This document shows, in pieces, positions 62,701-64,000 of a stretch of 64,000 nt of DNA; position 1 is the first letter of the stretch; each line of letters begins with the position of its first letter. Under the pieces are notes generated by a model. It saw nothing but the letters and a program-made list of their open reading frames with translations, made no database searches and was not told the origin of the DNA. Origin of the DNA: Yuukianura sp. NJ FZ-2021 (lineage: Eukaryota); NCBI GenBank assembly GCA_046563655.1, contig CM102290.1, forward strand, positions 14,570,001 through 14,634,000, given 5' to 3'. Made by a program: the position numbers and the translations under genes.

Positions 62701-64000
62701 TGAACGTTTGTGCCCACTGTGCGTCCTCTATGTGACTTTTTCATGTTTCCAAGTGGGTTTTTGTAAAACTCCTTTGCATTAATTACTAAAAAGTTGCGTC
62801 TCTTTTCCTCCCTGATCTTTGCGCATGATCAGAAAAAAGTATCCTGGAAGTTGGTGATCTTCTCTCATCATAAGGAAAGATGTGGTCGTCAGGAAATAAG
62901 TTTTTTGCAAACATCATTTTCCCAACAATGGAACTTTTTTTTTGCAAATGGGAAATTTTTCCTTTCAGTTCTTCAGGTTTGGGTCCCTAAAAAGGAAAAA
63001 CCTTGAAATTTTTTTCTCTTTCAAAACTAACTTTTAATAGTCACTTTTCCTAAAAGAAGTTCTGGAAAAACAACTTTGAGTGACCTGTTAGGAGTTATGT
63101 AGCTGAAATTGAAAATTTGTCTACACAAATCGACCTACACTCAATTTTGTCAAAACGGATTTTTTTCTTTATGAAGGAGTTTACTGTCCAATTTGGCTAG
63201 GATTAAAGTTGACCAAATTGTTGTTGACAGTTTTGCTGTATACAAGATGGGACACGGAGTCGAGGTATGTTGCGCACAGTACGGGGTTAATGGGAACTTT
63301 TTAGAAATGGAATCTGGAATGTGGATTTTTTCAGAAAATTGAATTGTTTCAAATTTTCCTTTGGAAGTTGAATTTTTAAATCGGAAATTTCGAAATTTGG
63401 AGAAGGAAATGTTGAATATGGAAGGAAAAAAGAGATGGATAAAGCGCATGCTTCTTTGTTTCCACTTTTTTTCGTAACAATAAATGCCTCAACTTCTTTC
63501 TTTGTGTGGCTCAACAATGAAATTTGGCAAACCTACGCTAAACCATTTTTTGTTGTTTCTTCAAGGCCAACCAACGCACGTTTTCCTGTTCAGAGTCTCA
63601 GTTTTTAGTCAATTCCTATCCAAATCCCAATCTTAAAGTTTAATCTTGTGCAAAAAGTTTATCAGGTTCAAATTTCGCGCCTAACAAATAACTTTGTTTT
63701 ATTGGTTGTAGGAATTTACGATAGCGCGTGTGAAAATGTTCAAAGAGAGGGTTGTTACCCGCTGTTTATGGTGACAACTTTAGCAACTTTTTAAAATTTT
63801 GCGAAAAGCATTTTTTGAAAATAATTTTTTTTTTGAAATGTTGACCGGATCTGAGTCTGTGCTAGGAATAACGTTATTTCCTTAACTAGAGGAACAAAGA
63901 TACTGCGAGTCAATTACTTTTACAAAAATTAAGTACATTTTAACGACTCTCCAAATCTTTTTTTCTGGAAAATGACTTCCTTAATACAAAATCCAGCAAT

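Overview
Eukaryotic (invertebrate, probably arthropod) genomic DNA with short GT-AG introns; the ORF track only captures exon fragments. A compact core (about 12.6-42.1 kb) holds the last exon of a divergent cyclin D-like gene (+; penultimate exon at 6.35 kb), ABCB8 (-), an unrecognised 406-aa low-complexity gene (-), ATP synthase subunit e (+), PFAS (-), an XMAP215/CKAP5 homologue (+), a TMEM53/DUF829-like gene (-) and LARGE (+). The flanks (1-12.6 kb, 42-64 kb) are mostly non-coding and contain MITE-like elements, hairpins, minisatellites and a few candidate exons. The most notable findings are: (1) a seemingly intact ~1310-aa XMAP215 built as TOG1-TOG2-TOG4-C-terminal domain, lacking TOG3, TOG5 and the distal tail; (2) a cyclin D with conserved intron positions but a rewritten phosphodegron (SPENVRDVDF instead of TPTDVRDVDI); (3) an orphan gene head-to-head with ATP synthase e; (4) a 318-bp foldback element. 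Homologies are recognised from memory of the protein families, not from database searches, and exon boundaries were read by eye.
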